From Vulcanimicrobiota bacterium (GTDB lineage Bacteria; Vulcanimicrobiota; Vulcanimicrobiia; Vulcanimicrobiales; Vulcanimicrobiaceae), in the NCBI GenBank assembly GCA_963812155.1, contig CAWETW010000004.1, positions 128,001-192,000 on the forward strand: a stretch of DNA of 64,000 nucleotides, read 5' to 3'. The position numbers were made by a program, and so were the translations under genes. Positions 10,797 to 18,759 of this stretch are shown piece by piece. The number at the start of each line of letters is the position of its first letter. The stretch's first letter is position 1. Under the pieces are notes generated by a model, which saw nothing but the letters and a program-made list of their open reading frames with translations, ran no database searches and had not been told where the DNA came from.

Positions 10797-11447
10797 ATGA
10801 TGAAGTTTACCGCCGCCCTCGCCGCCGTCGCAGCCCTCGTTTTGCCGTCGCTCGCCGCCGCCGACCAGAACGCCACCTACTTCGGACCCATCAACCCGGC
10901 CGAGAAGTCGTTCGTGGCCTCCATCCAATCCTACCTCATGCAGCATTATCCGACCGCCGCCGACGCCGAAAAGGCAGGCTACGTCCGGTACACGAGCGAG
11001 GACGACACCGGAGCGATCAGTTACGCAAACCGCCAATGGTCGTCGGCCGACGTCGAGCATCCGAGCCAGCTGTGGTACGACAAGAACGGGCAGCTGCTCG
11101 GGGCCGACTATTCGGTGCTCCTGAGCGCAAGCCCGAAGCGTCCGGCCCTCTGGGGCGTCAATCCCGGGCGCTGGGTCGAATTCGACGGCCACATCCATTG
11201 GGTCACCAAGAATCCGGAAAGCGGCGCGATGACCTACGATCAATGGGCGTGGGACAAGAAGTTTGCGGCCGCGGGCGGCAACGTCGACGATCCGAACGCG
11301 CAAACGCTCGTCGCGATGAAGCGCGTTCCGGATGCGTCCCGCGTCGTGACGATCTTCCACTTTCCCGCGATCTGGGACCTCATCGTGTGGGTGAAACCGA
11401 ATCCGAAAGGCGCATTCGCCGAGAAGAATCCGCTGGTAACGCCTTAG
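10797..11447 (+). CDS. Secreted hypothetical protein
   Basis: Sec signal ending AAA; TATGAT -10 box just upstream (short or no leader); globular body. Confidence 0.75.
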   Translation: MMKFTAALAAVAALVLPSLAAADQNATYFGPINPAEKSFVASIQSYLMQHYPTAADAEKAGYVRYTSEDDTGAISYANRQWSSADVEHPSQLWYDKNGQLLGADYSVLLSASPKRPALWGVNPGRWVEFDGHIHWVTKNPESGAMTYDQWAWDKKFAAAGGNVDDPNAQTLVAMKRVPDASRVVTIFHFPAIWDLIVWVKPNPKGAFAEKNPLVTP

Positions 11448-11713
11448 CGCTCGCCGCCGCGTTCCACGTCGGCGTCGTGGAACGTTCCTCGTTTCGCGCT
11501 TTCGTCGAGTTCGAGGTCGTCGAGAAAATAGTACACGATCTTACGGTCGGGGAATCCGACCTTGGCGAGCGACCGTCCGCCGATCTCGACGACTTCGTGA
11601 ATGTGCCCTTCGCGCTGCGCGTATGCGTAGTTGATCGCCGCGTACTGCGGGTCCCCAGGCTTGGGATGCGCAATCGCCTTCACGCCGCGCAACGGCGTAC
11701 GATGCCGGTGCAT
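11444..11713 (-). CDS. Small hypothetical protein
   Basis: Protein-like composition; converges on and overlaps the stop of the upstream gene. Confidence 0.55.
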   Translation of the reverse strand: MHRHRTPLRGVKAIAHPKPGDPQYAAINYAYAQREGHIHEVVEIGGRSLAKVGFPDRKIVYYFLDDLELDESAKRGTFHDADVERGGER

Positions 11714-11754
11714 GCCGACCGAGGTTCGACGCGCGGCGCTCCGAAACATGGCGT

Positions 11755-12297
11755 ATGTTGATTCCTTTTCGCGGCAAGCGGCCCCGCATCGACCCGTCGG
11801 CCTTCGTCGCTCCGACCGCCGTGCTGATCGGCGACGTGGAGATCGGCGCAGAATCGAGCGTCTGGTTCGGCGCGGTGCTGCGCGCCGACAACGGCCCGAT
11901 CCGAGTCGGCGAGCGAACGTCGATTCAGGACAACGCCGTCGTTCACGTCAGCGAGCACGGCGCCACGCTCATCGGCGACGACGTCACGATCGGACATGCG
12001 GCCGTCATGGAGGATTGCGACATCAAACCGCACGCGCTCATCGGCAGCAACGCAACGTTGCTCAACGGCTGTACGATCGGTGAGGGCGCGTTGATCGCCG
12101 CCGGGAGCGTCGTGGGAGAGCGCGCCGAGATTCCACCGCGCGTGCTCGCTGCGGGTGCGCCCGCAAAGGTCAAAAAAAACCTGGAAGGTGAAGCTGCGAC
12201 CTGGATCGAGATATCCTCCGGCGAGTACGTGAAATTGTCGCGAGCGTATTTAGCGCAAAGTATCGGTGCCGCCGAAGACCAGGAGATCCGCATTTAG
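11755..12297 (+). CDS. Gamma-class carbonic anhydrase family protein (YrdA/PaaY-like)
   Basis: Hexapeptide repeats; LIGDVEIG, VLRAD, IQDNAVVH, VTIGH. Confidence 0.9.
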   Translation: MLIPFRGKRPRIDPSAFVAPTAVLIGDVEIGAESSVWFGAVLRADNGPIRVGERTSIQDNAVVHVSEHGATLIGDDVTIGHAAVMEDCDIKPHALIGSNATLLNGCTIGEGALIAAGSVVGERAEIPPRVLAAGAPAKVKKNLEGEAATWIEISSGEYVKLSRAYLAQSIGAAEDQEIRI

Positions 12298-12761
12298 TGG
12301 CCGTCCGCGACGCAATCGCGCAGTTCATTCAAGAGCAGGGGCACCGCGTCGAAACGGCGAGTGTCGGCGACGCCGAGGAGCTTTGCGAACTCATCTTTCG
12401 TACGCGCGGCCAAACCTTCTCGCTAGCGGTTTCCGAACTGGAACCGCAACGCTTCAGTTTGTCGACGGCGTACGAGGTTCCCGACACGGTGCGCGACCCG
12501 AGGCAGGTCCGCGACGCGCTGCAGGAACTCGAGGGCGACGATCCTGCAGTGCGCTTTACGCTCGCGCACGACGATACGATCTTTATCATCACCCTCGAAT
12601 CGCGCTCGATCGGGGTGGACGCGCTGCTCGAAGGTTTTTGGGGCATCGTCGGCCGCGTTCGTCAATCCGGCAGCGCCGCCGTCGAACGCATGCTGGACCG
12701 CAGCGAAAGCAAAGCGGCCGCCGACAAGTTCATCCGGCAGTTCACGAAGGGCAGCCTATAG
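12297..12761 (+). CDS. Hypothetical protein, YbjN/T3SS-chaperone-like fold suspected
   Basis: Translationally coupled to the gamma-CA gene; acidic ~150 aa with alpha-beta pattern and C-terminal helix. Confidence 0.6.
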   Translation: MAVRDAIAQFIQEQGHRVETASVGDAEELCELIFRTRGQTFSLAVSELEPQRFSLSTAYEVPDTVRDPRQVRDALQELEGDDPAVRFTLAHDDTIFIITLESRSIGVDALLEGFWGIVGRVRQSGSAAVERMLDRSESKAAADKFIRQFTKGSL

Positions 12762-12771
12762 GGCTGAAGCG

Positions 12772-13189
12772 GTGAGCGACAGCGACCACCTCGCTCCGAT
12801 CGAAACGGCGATCGAAGACGAGGGATTGATCTTCTCGCGCGACGACGATGCCGATGCGCTCCGAATCACGTTTAAGAGTGAAGGCGATCGGTACTTCGTC
12901 GTCGGCTATCGCGACGACCCGAACTTCGTCATGCTCGGATCGGGATGGGCGCTTCCGCCGGAAATCGCGCTGCAGCGCGCCGGTGCTCGCCGCAAACTCG
13001 CTCAACGTGCGAAAGAAGTTCGTCAAATCGGCCATCTGGGAAGAGGAACGCGACGCGCTCTTCACCATCGAACTTTGCGTGAGCGACGCCGAGGAGATCC
13101 GGCCGCACTTCGGGCGCCTCCTCGACGCCTTGCGCGACACCGCCGTCGAATTCTTCGCCGAACTCCGCAACGGTAGTGAGGAACCCTAG
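12772..13189 (+). CDS. YbjN-like hypothetical protein (frameshift ~12980)
   Basis: IEDEGLIFSRDDDADALRITF...LAANSLNVRKKFVK pattern typical of YbjN-like proteins, split over two frames. Confidence 0.6.
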
Positions 13190-13287
13190 GGAGCGCTGAT
13201 TTAGTCCAAATCTAGGAAGCGATGGCCGAAGTTTGCTTTAGCAAATGAGGCCGAGCTGACAACGAGTTGGGCTAAATCAGAGTTCCC
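13189..13287. repeat. Palindromic intergenic element family A, copy 1
   Basis: 21-bp imperfect terminal IR; core AAATCTAGGAAGCGA...GAGCTGACAACGAGTTG shared with 22211-22314. Confidence 0.85.
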
Positions 13288-14661
13288 TCACGCAACTGGG
13301 AAGTGCGATTCGTCCCCATAGGGCACGAAGGTCGTGAACTCCGCCTGGAAGCGAAGTTTCGCCGTCCCGGTCGGCCCGTTGCGGTGCTTGGCGATGATAA
13401 ACTCGGTGACGTCGGCGTCGGGCGCTTCGGGATTGTAGTAGCCGTTACGGTAGAGAAAAGCGACTACGTCGGCCTCTTGCTCGATCGATCCGGAATCGCG
13501 AAGGTCGGCGAGCATCGGACGTTTTTCTTGGCGCGTTTCGACCGCGCGGTTGAGCTGCGCCAGCGCGACGATGGGAACGCCAAGCTCCTTCGCCGTCACC
13601 TTGAGCGTACGGCAGATCTCCGAAAGCTCTTCGTTGCGGTTGACGTTGCGCACCAGAATGCCGGGACGCATCAACTGTAAGTAGTCGACGAAGATCGCGC
13701 CGAGCGCGGAGCCGGCCGTCTTCTTCAGGAGGCGGCAACGGTTGCGCACGTCGCTGACGCTGAGCGCACCCACGTCGTCGAGATAGATCGGCAGATGGTC
13801 GAGGGTCTCCATCGCTCGCGAGATGCTCTCCCATTGGTGCTCTTTGATCAGGCCGCGGCGCATATCGTTCATCGAGATGCGCGCCTCGGAACAGATGAGC
13901 CGCTGGATCAGTTCGTTGTTCGACATTTCCAGCGAGAAGAACGCGATCGGCTCGCCGGCCTCGCGCGCGGCCGCCACCGCCATATTGAGCGCGAACGACG
14001 ATTTGCCCATGCCGGGGCGAGCCGCAATGATGATGAAGTTTCCCGGCTGGAAACCGGTCGTCATCGCATCGATGTCGGAAAAACCCGACGTGAGCCCGGT
14101 GCGGCCGCCGCGCAAATGGTAGAGCCGATCGATGCTGTCGAAGGCATCTTTGAGCAGGCTCTTGACCGGCTTGAATTCCTTCGGCCCACGCTCTTCGCCG
14201 ATTTGGTAGACGAGTTGCTGCGCACGATCCAGCGCGCCGGCGACGTCCTCCTCTCCTTCATATCCAAGCTGCGTCACTTGCGTGCCGGCGCCGATAAGCG
14301 AGCGCAGCGCCGCCTTTTCTTTGACGATCGTCGCGTAGAAGCGCGCCGACGCTGCCGACTGTACGGTGTCCATCAGCGCGCTGAGATACGAAATGCCGCC
14401 GACTCGGTCGAGTGCGTCGCGATTGCGCAATTCTTCGCTGACGGTGATCTTATCGATCGGTTCGTCGTGCTCGAAGAGGAATACGAGCACCGAAAAAATC
14501 GTTTCGTGGACGTGCGCGTAAAAATCGGCCGGCTTCACGAGCTGTCCGACTTCGCTCATCATGCCCTTGTCGACGAGGATCGAACCGAGAACGGCCATTT
14601 CCGCCTCGAGGTTGTGCGGCGGAATGCGGTCGATCGGCGAAGGTAACGGTTGCGCGCTCAT
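13288..14661 (-). CDS. dnaB: Replicative DNA helicase
   Basis: PPHNLEAE, AARPGMGKS, FSLEM, VDYLQL, QLNR, LRDSGSIEQEAD, KHRNGPTG. Confidence 0.97.
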   Translation of the reverse strand: MSAQPLPSPIDRIPPHNLEAEMAVLGSILVDKGMMSEVGQLVKPADFYAHVHETIFSVLVFLFEHDEPIDKITVSEELRNRDALDRVGGISYLSALMDTVQSAASARFYATIVKEKAALRSLIGAGTQVTQLGYEGEEDVAGALDRAQQLVYQIGEERGPKEFKPVKSLLKDAFDSIDRLYHLRGGRTGLTSGFSDIDAMTTGFQPGNFIIIAARPGMGKSSFALNMAVAAAREAGEPIAFFSLEMSNNELIQRLICSEARISMNDMRRGLIKEHQWESISRAMETLDHLPIYLDDVGALSVSDVRNRCRLLKKTAGSALGAIFVDYLQLMRPGILVRNVNRNEELSEICRTLKVTAKELGVPIVALAQLNRAVETRQEKRPMLADLRDSGSIEQEADVVAFLYRNGYYNPEAPDADVTEFIIAKHRNGPTGTAKLRFQAEFTTFVPYGDESHFPVA

Positions 14662-16634
14662 TGACGTCGAGCGGCTTTCCGGCGCGCCGGATGTGAACGC
14701 CTTGTGGACCGCCTGTGCATATGCAATTCTTGCATCACCCGGGCGACGCTTGCGACCGCCGCGACGTCGATTCCGGCGAGCGACCGGTCCACCTCGTGCG
14801 CGTTTTCCTTAGGCAACAGCACGCGCCGCATACCCGCCTGGCGCGCGGCATAGAGCTTCTCGATCACGCCGCCTACGCCGCGAATCTTTCCCTGAATCGA
14901 GAGTTCGCCGGTGATCGCTACGTCTTGCGGCAGCGGCGTCTTGGTGATCGCGGAGTAAAGCGCGAGGAAGATGGCCAGACCGGCGGAGGGACCGTCGATG
15001 TTGCCGCCGCCGACGACGTTGATGTGCAGGTCGAAGTCGGCCGTATCGATGCCGGCGAGCGCGCGCAGCACGCTGGTCGCGTTGAACACCGAATCCTTGG
15101 CCATCGTGCCGGCCGTGTCGTTGAAGCGTATTCTCCCCTTGCCCGCCTGTGATGCCCGAAATGCGACCGCCTCGATTTCGATGATGCTTCCGAGATAGTG
15201 CAGCACGCCCAGCCCGAACGTCTTTCCGATTTCCCGGCGCGCGCGCGCTTTCACTTGCGTATGCTTCACGAGCCGGCTGGTTTGCACGACCGCCTGCACG
15301 TCGCTCTCTCGAATCGCGGGACGCTTGGCGGCGCCGCCGCGCTTGCGGGGGGCGAGCCGGTAGAGTGCCTGCCCGTACGCATCGGCGACGATCTGCACGG
15401 CCTTACGCCCTTCGATCGTGTAGGTGGCGATCGTGCGCGCGACGATTTGCGCGGCGCGCGATCCGAGCCGTTCGATCGCATCCTGGACGATCCTCACGAC
15501 CTGCTGCTGCGTTAGCGGCGAAAAGAAGATTTCGGCGCAGCGCGAGCGGATCGCAGGATCGATGTCTTCGGGTTCGCGTGTCGTCGCGCCGATGAGGATG
15601 AAATCGGCGGGCGCACCTTCGCGAAAAAGGCGTTTGACGTACTCGGGTACGTTCGGAGCGGTTTCGTCGAAATACGACGATTCGAACGTCACGCGCTTAT
15701 CTTCGAGTACTTTAAGCAGCCGCGATTGCAACGACGCATCCATTTCACCGATTTCGTCGATGAAAAGTACCCCGCCGTGCGCCTTCGTGACGAGGCCGAG
15801 TTTCGGCTCGGGGACGCCGGCCTCGGCAAATTCGCGCCGGCTGCCCTGGTAGATCGGGTCGTGCACGCTGCCGAGCAGCGGATTGATCGTTTCGCGCGGA
15901 TCCCAGCGCAACGTGCTTCCGCTGGCCTCGACGAACGGCGCGCTCTTGGCAAACGGCGTATACGGGCGCGTTTTGGCAACCTCGAGCGCCAATCGTGCGA
16001 CGGTCGTCTTGCCGACTCCGGGGGGTCCGTAGAGGATGACGTGCTGCGGATACGGCGACGAGATCTTCGCGAGCAGCGCTTTGATCGCGGCCTCTTGTCC
16101 GACGATGTCGCGCAGCGACTGGGGACGCAGCTGCGCAAGCGCCGACGCGGCCAGCGTGCGTCGCGAGAGCGCGTCGAGTTCGTCGAGTTTCGCCTTCGTA
16201 GACGGAGTTTCGGGTCCACCGCTCTCGCGCAGCGCTTCGAGCTTGAGATCCTTGAGGTACTCATCGTGACGTTCCGACATCTTCTCGGTGACGCGCTTCT
16301 CGATCGCATCCTCGGCGTGGCGCTGCGCCAACGCGTCGGCCATCGCTTCCTCGATCTCGGCGATGACCTTGCGCTGCTGGGCGCGCGTCGTTGCGCGTTC
16401 GAGCGTCGGATCCTCGAAGACCAGGCGCGCAAGTGCGCAGAGACGATCGGATAGGTGATGCGAGCGCATCATGCGCAGCGCGTTGACTTTACCGGCGCGC
16501 AGAACGAGCTTATCGGATCCGTGCAGCGCGGTGAGCATCTCGTAGAGCGCGCTTACGTAGCGGTTGAGTTCGTCTTCGACGCCGAACTTGCGGCGGAGGC
16601 GCGACACCGGCGACTGGCGCGCGTTTGCGGCCAC
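14658..16634 (-). CDS. lonC: Lon-family ATP-dependent protease (LonC type)
   Basis: GPPGVGKT, AHGGVLFIDEIG, DGPSAG catalytic Ser; rplI-lonC-dnaB context. Confidence 0.9.
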   Translation of the reverse strand: MAANARQSPVSRLRRKFGVEDELNRYVSALYEMLTALHGSDKLVLRAGKVNALRMMRSHHLSDRLCALARLVFEDPTLERATTRAQQRKVIAEIEEAMADALAQRHAEDAIEKRVTEKMSERHDEYLKDLKLEALRESGGPETPSTKAKLDELDALSRRTLAASALAQLRPQSLRDIVGQEAAIKALLAKISSPYPQHVILYGPPGVGKTTVARLALEVAKTRPYTPFAKSAPFVEASGSTLRWDPRETINPLLGSVHDPIYQGSRREFAEAGVPEPKLGLVTKAHGGVLFIDEIGEMDASLQSRLLKVLEDKRVTFESSYFDETAPNVPEYVKRLFREGAPADFILIGATTREPEDIDPAIRSRCAEIFFSPLTQQQVVRIVQDAIERLGSRAAQIVARTIATYTIEGRKAVQIVADAYGQALYRLAPRKRGGAAKRPAIRESDVQAVVQTSRLVKHTQVKARARREIGKTFGLGVLHYLGSIIEIEAVAFRASQAGKGRIRFNDTAGTMAKDSVFNATSVLRALAGIDTADFDLHINVVGGGNIDGPSAGLAIFLALYSAITKTPLPQDVAITGELSIQGKIRGVGGVIEKLYAARQAGMRRVLLPKENAHEVDRSLAGIDVAAVASVARVMQELHMHRRSTRRSHPARRKAARRQ

Positions 16635-16646
16635 GGCCGTCTTCAG

Positions 16647-17093
16647 TTACGTAGCCACGACGTCGACGGTCGTTTTGGCGACGACGTTCTTGTGGAGCTT
16701 GATCTCGACCGGGTAGGATCCCAGCGCCTTGATAGAGCTCTTGAGCTCGATTTTATGCTTGTCGATGGTGACCGCCAGCGACTGCGCAATGGCCGACGCC
16801 ACGTCGGCGTTGGTGACGGCCCCGAACAGCTTGCCGTTGCCGCCCGCTTTGGCTTTGACCGCGAGTTTGGCCGTTTCCAATCTCGCCGCCAGCGCTCGCG
16901 CGTCGTCGAGCAGCTGCGCGTCGCGCCTCAGCTGCGCCTTGCGTTGAGAACCCAGCCGCGCCAGTGCACCCTTGTCGGCTTCGGTCGCGAGTTTGCGGGG
17001 GAGAAGGAAGTTACGGGCGTAGCCCTCGGCAACCTCGACGACGTCGCCGCCCTTCCCGAGCGACGTCACGTCGGCGAGAAGAATGAGTTTCAC
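16647..17093 (-). CDS. rplI: 50S ribosomal protein L9
   Basis: MKLILLADV..LGK.GDVVEVAEGYARNFLLP; KLFGAVT. Confidence 0.97.
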   Translation of the reverse strand: MKLILLADVTSLGKGGDVVEVAEGYARNFLLPRKLATEADKGALARLGSQRKAQLRRDAQLLDDARALAARLETAKLAVKAKAGGNGKLFGAVTNADVASAIAQSLAVTIDKHKIELKSSIKALGSYPVEIKLHKNVVAKTTVDVVAT

Positions 17094-17099
17094 GTGCCG

Positions 17100-17351
17100 T
17101 TACTCCGAAACGTAGGGGAGAAATGCGATCACCCGGGCGCGCTTGATCGCGACCGTCAACAGCCGCTGGTGCTTCGCGCAATTGCCGGAGATGCGCCGCG
17201 GCACGATCTTGCCGCGCTCCGACACGTACTTCTTCAAACGGTTGACTTCGCGATAGCTGACGTCGGCGATCTTGTCGGCGCAGAACGTGCACGGTTTGCG
17301 TTTGGGACGCCGGTCTTTGACCGCGCGCTTGGTCTTGGTCTTGGTTGCCAT
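17100..17351 (-). CDS. rpsR: 30S ribosomal protein S18 (Zn-ribbon C+ type)
   Basis: [41 protein letters not shown]. Confidence 0.97.
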   Translation of the reverse strand: MATKTKTKRAVKDRRPKRKPCTFCADKIADVSYREVNRLKKYVSERGKIVPRRISGNCAKHQRLLTVAIKRARVIAFLPYVSE

Positions 17352-17361
17352 TGGTGTCCTT

Positions 17362-17464
17362 TCGACTAGGTGGTCGCCGGTCGAGGATTCCGCTCCGCCG
17401 TGGAGGCGAGAACGGGGACTCGACCCTAGCCAGGTGACGCGACCATTTCGCGGCACCACCGGCG
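17362..17464 (-). promoter_or_regulatory. Structured 5' leader of rpsR-rplI (unassigned RNA)
   Basis: Several strong nested helices between an extended -10 (TGGTAGGAT, ~17543-17551) and the RBS. Confidence 0.45.
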
Positions 17465-17468
17465 AAAA

Positions 17469-17514
17469 TGCCGTCCTTCGCTTACGGCGCTATGCGCCTT
17501 CGCTCAGGATGACA
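17469..17514. repeat. Palindromic repeat family B (…CTTCG…GCTCAGGATGACA), copy 1
   Basis: Hairpin TGCCGTCCT/AGGATGACA; 13-mer GCTCAGGATGACA shared with 26269-26281. Confidence 0.7.
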
Positions 17515-17626
17515 GGGTGCCGGCCGGTGCGGCAACAGCGCCCATCCTACCACGCGCCGTCACGGCAAGCCAGCCCAAAGACTACCGAACGTGCGTTCGT
17601 AGCTTTTCGAAATAATTCCCTGGTGG

Positions 17627-17938
17627 TTAGTGCGGTCTGCGGGCTTCCCCGGCCCGGTAACGGTAGACGATCCGGGCCTTGGTCAGGTCGTAGGGCGACA
17701 TCTCGAGTTCGACGCGGTCGCCCAGCAACAGCTTGATGCGATGCCTCCGCAGGCGGCCGGCAATGTGCGCAAGGACGGTGTGGCCGTTCTCCAACTCTAC
17801 CGCGAAGGTCGTGCTGGGGAAGACTTGCTTGATCGTCCCGAAGAGCTCGAGCGGGGCCTCCTTGGAGGTGTCGGGGACGCTGGGTGCACTGTTGGTTTCG
17901 CGGCGGGGGCGGCTTTTTCTACGACCTGGACGGGCCAA
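17627..17938 (-). CDS. infA: Translation initiation factor IF-1 with basic N-terminal extension
   Basis: FAVELENGHTVLAHIAGRLRRHRIKLLLGDRV.LEMSPYDLTKARIVYR; AAGGAG before TTG. Confidence 0.9.
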   Translation of the reverse strand: MARPGRRKSRPRRETNSAPSVPDTSKEAPLELFGTIKQVFPSTTFAVELENGHTVLAHIAGRLRRHRIKLLLGDRVELEMSPYDLTKARIVYRYRAGEARRPH

Positions 17939-18192
17939 ACGAGCTCCTTCTGAGACGGCGGGCGAAGCGTGGGTAGTATCTCACACGACGCCGTGCCCGA
18001 ACAAGGCTGACGGCCGGAACCGGTCCCGGCCGAGTGCAGATTCTTGGGCCTCCCTGGCACCATTGGCGCAGGAATGGTGTATAGTGTTGGGGTTACCCAG
18101 GTTTCGAAGTCCGCAAAGTCACGTTCCGCGTCACTAGCGAGTCGGATCCGGAGAACATCAATCACACTCTTTCAGGAGACTCGTTAGTTTCG

Positions 18193-18498
18193 ATGTATAC
18201 CAATGAAATGCTCACCTGCGTGGACTGCGGACGTCAGTTCCCATTCACCGCGGGCGAACAAGAATTCTTTGCGATGAAGGGCTTCACGAATAAGCCGAAC
18301 CGTTGCACCGATTGCCGCGCCGCCCGCAAGGCCGGACGCTCGCAAGGTGGCGGCGGCGGCGGCGGCGGCGGTCATCGCGAGATGTTCAAAGCGACGTGCA
18401 GCCAGTGCGGCGGTGTCGCCGAGGTCCCGTTTCAGCCGCGCGGCGACAAGCCCGTCTATTGCCGCGATTGTTTCTCCTCGCGTTCGGGTTACCGCTAA
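18193..18498 (+). CDS. Zinc-ribbon / CxxC-x17-CxxC domain protein
   Basis: LTCVDCG..F.FTAGEQEFFA.KGF.N.P.RC.DCR, Gly linker, CSQCG..AEVPFQP....PVYCRDCF. Confidence 0.9.
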   Translation: MYTNEMLTCVDCGRQFPFTAGEQEFFAMKGFTNKPNRCTDCRAARKAGRSQGGGGGGGGGHREMFKATCSQCGGVAEVPFQPRGDKPVYCRDCFSSRSGYR

Positions 18499-18513
18499 AC
18501 GCGGTCCGCGCGA

Positions 18514-18729
18514 TTGAGCGAACACGCCGAGAGCCCGCGTCAAGCGGGCTCTCGTGCTTTACCGGCCTCGTCGCGCAAGAACGGCGGTCCGCGTTCCTGC
18601 TATAACAAGAACGGCTCGCCGAAGACCGCCTTCGCTACCAAGAAACTTGCGGAGCGCGCCATCCCAAAGAGTAGCGTGCGCTTACGCCCTTATGCATGCC
18701 TCGACCACGGCTGGCACCTAGGACATTAA
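18514..18729 (+). CDS. Possible small Cys/His protein (start uncertain)
   Basis: C-terminal C..K...K.AF.T...A...Y.C..HGWHLGH pattern; the 5' part overlaps the terminator. Confidence 0.35.
   Translation: MSEHAESPRQAGSRALPASSRKNGGPRSCYNKNGSPKTAFATKKLAERAIPKSSVRLRPYACLDHGWHLGH
18529..18560 (+). terminator. Probable intrinsic terminator
   Basis: GAGAGCCCGC-GTCAA-GCGGGCTCTC followed by GTGCTTT. Confidence 0.65.
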
Positions 18730-18759
18730 AGAAGGCCCGATTTATCGAGTCTTCTCTTA

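Noticed and set aside
13288..17093. Lon protease between rplI and dnaB as a novel arrangement
   Set aside because: rplI-lonC-dnaB is a known arrangement in Firmicutes-like genomes.
17371..17464. HDV-like ribozyme (GAG-TCCCCGTT-CTC resembles P3/L3) or a functional tRNA
   Set aside because: No acceptable P1 helix or J4/2 strand; no TTC T-loop or U33. Kept only as an unassigned leader.
18346..18372. (GGC)n tandem repeat
   Set aside because: It simply encodes the poly-Gly linker of the zinc-ribbon protein.
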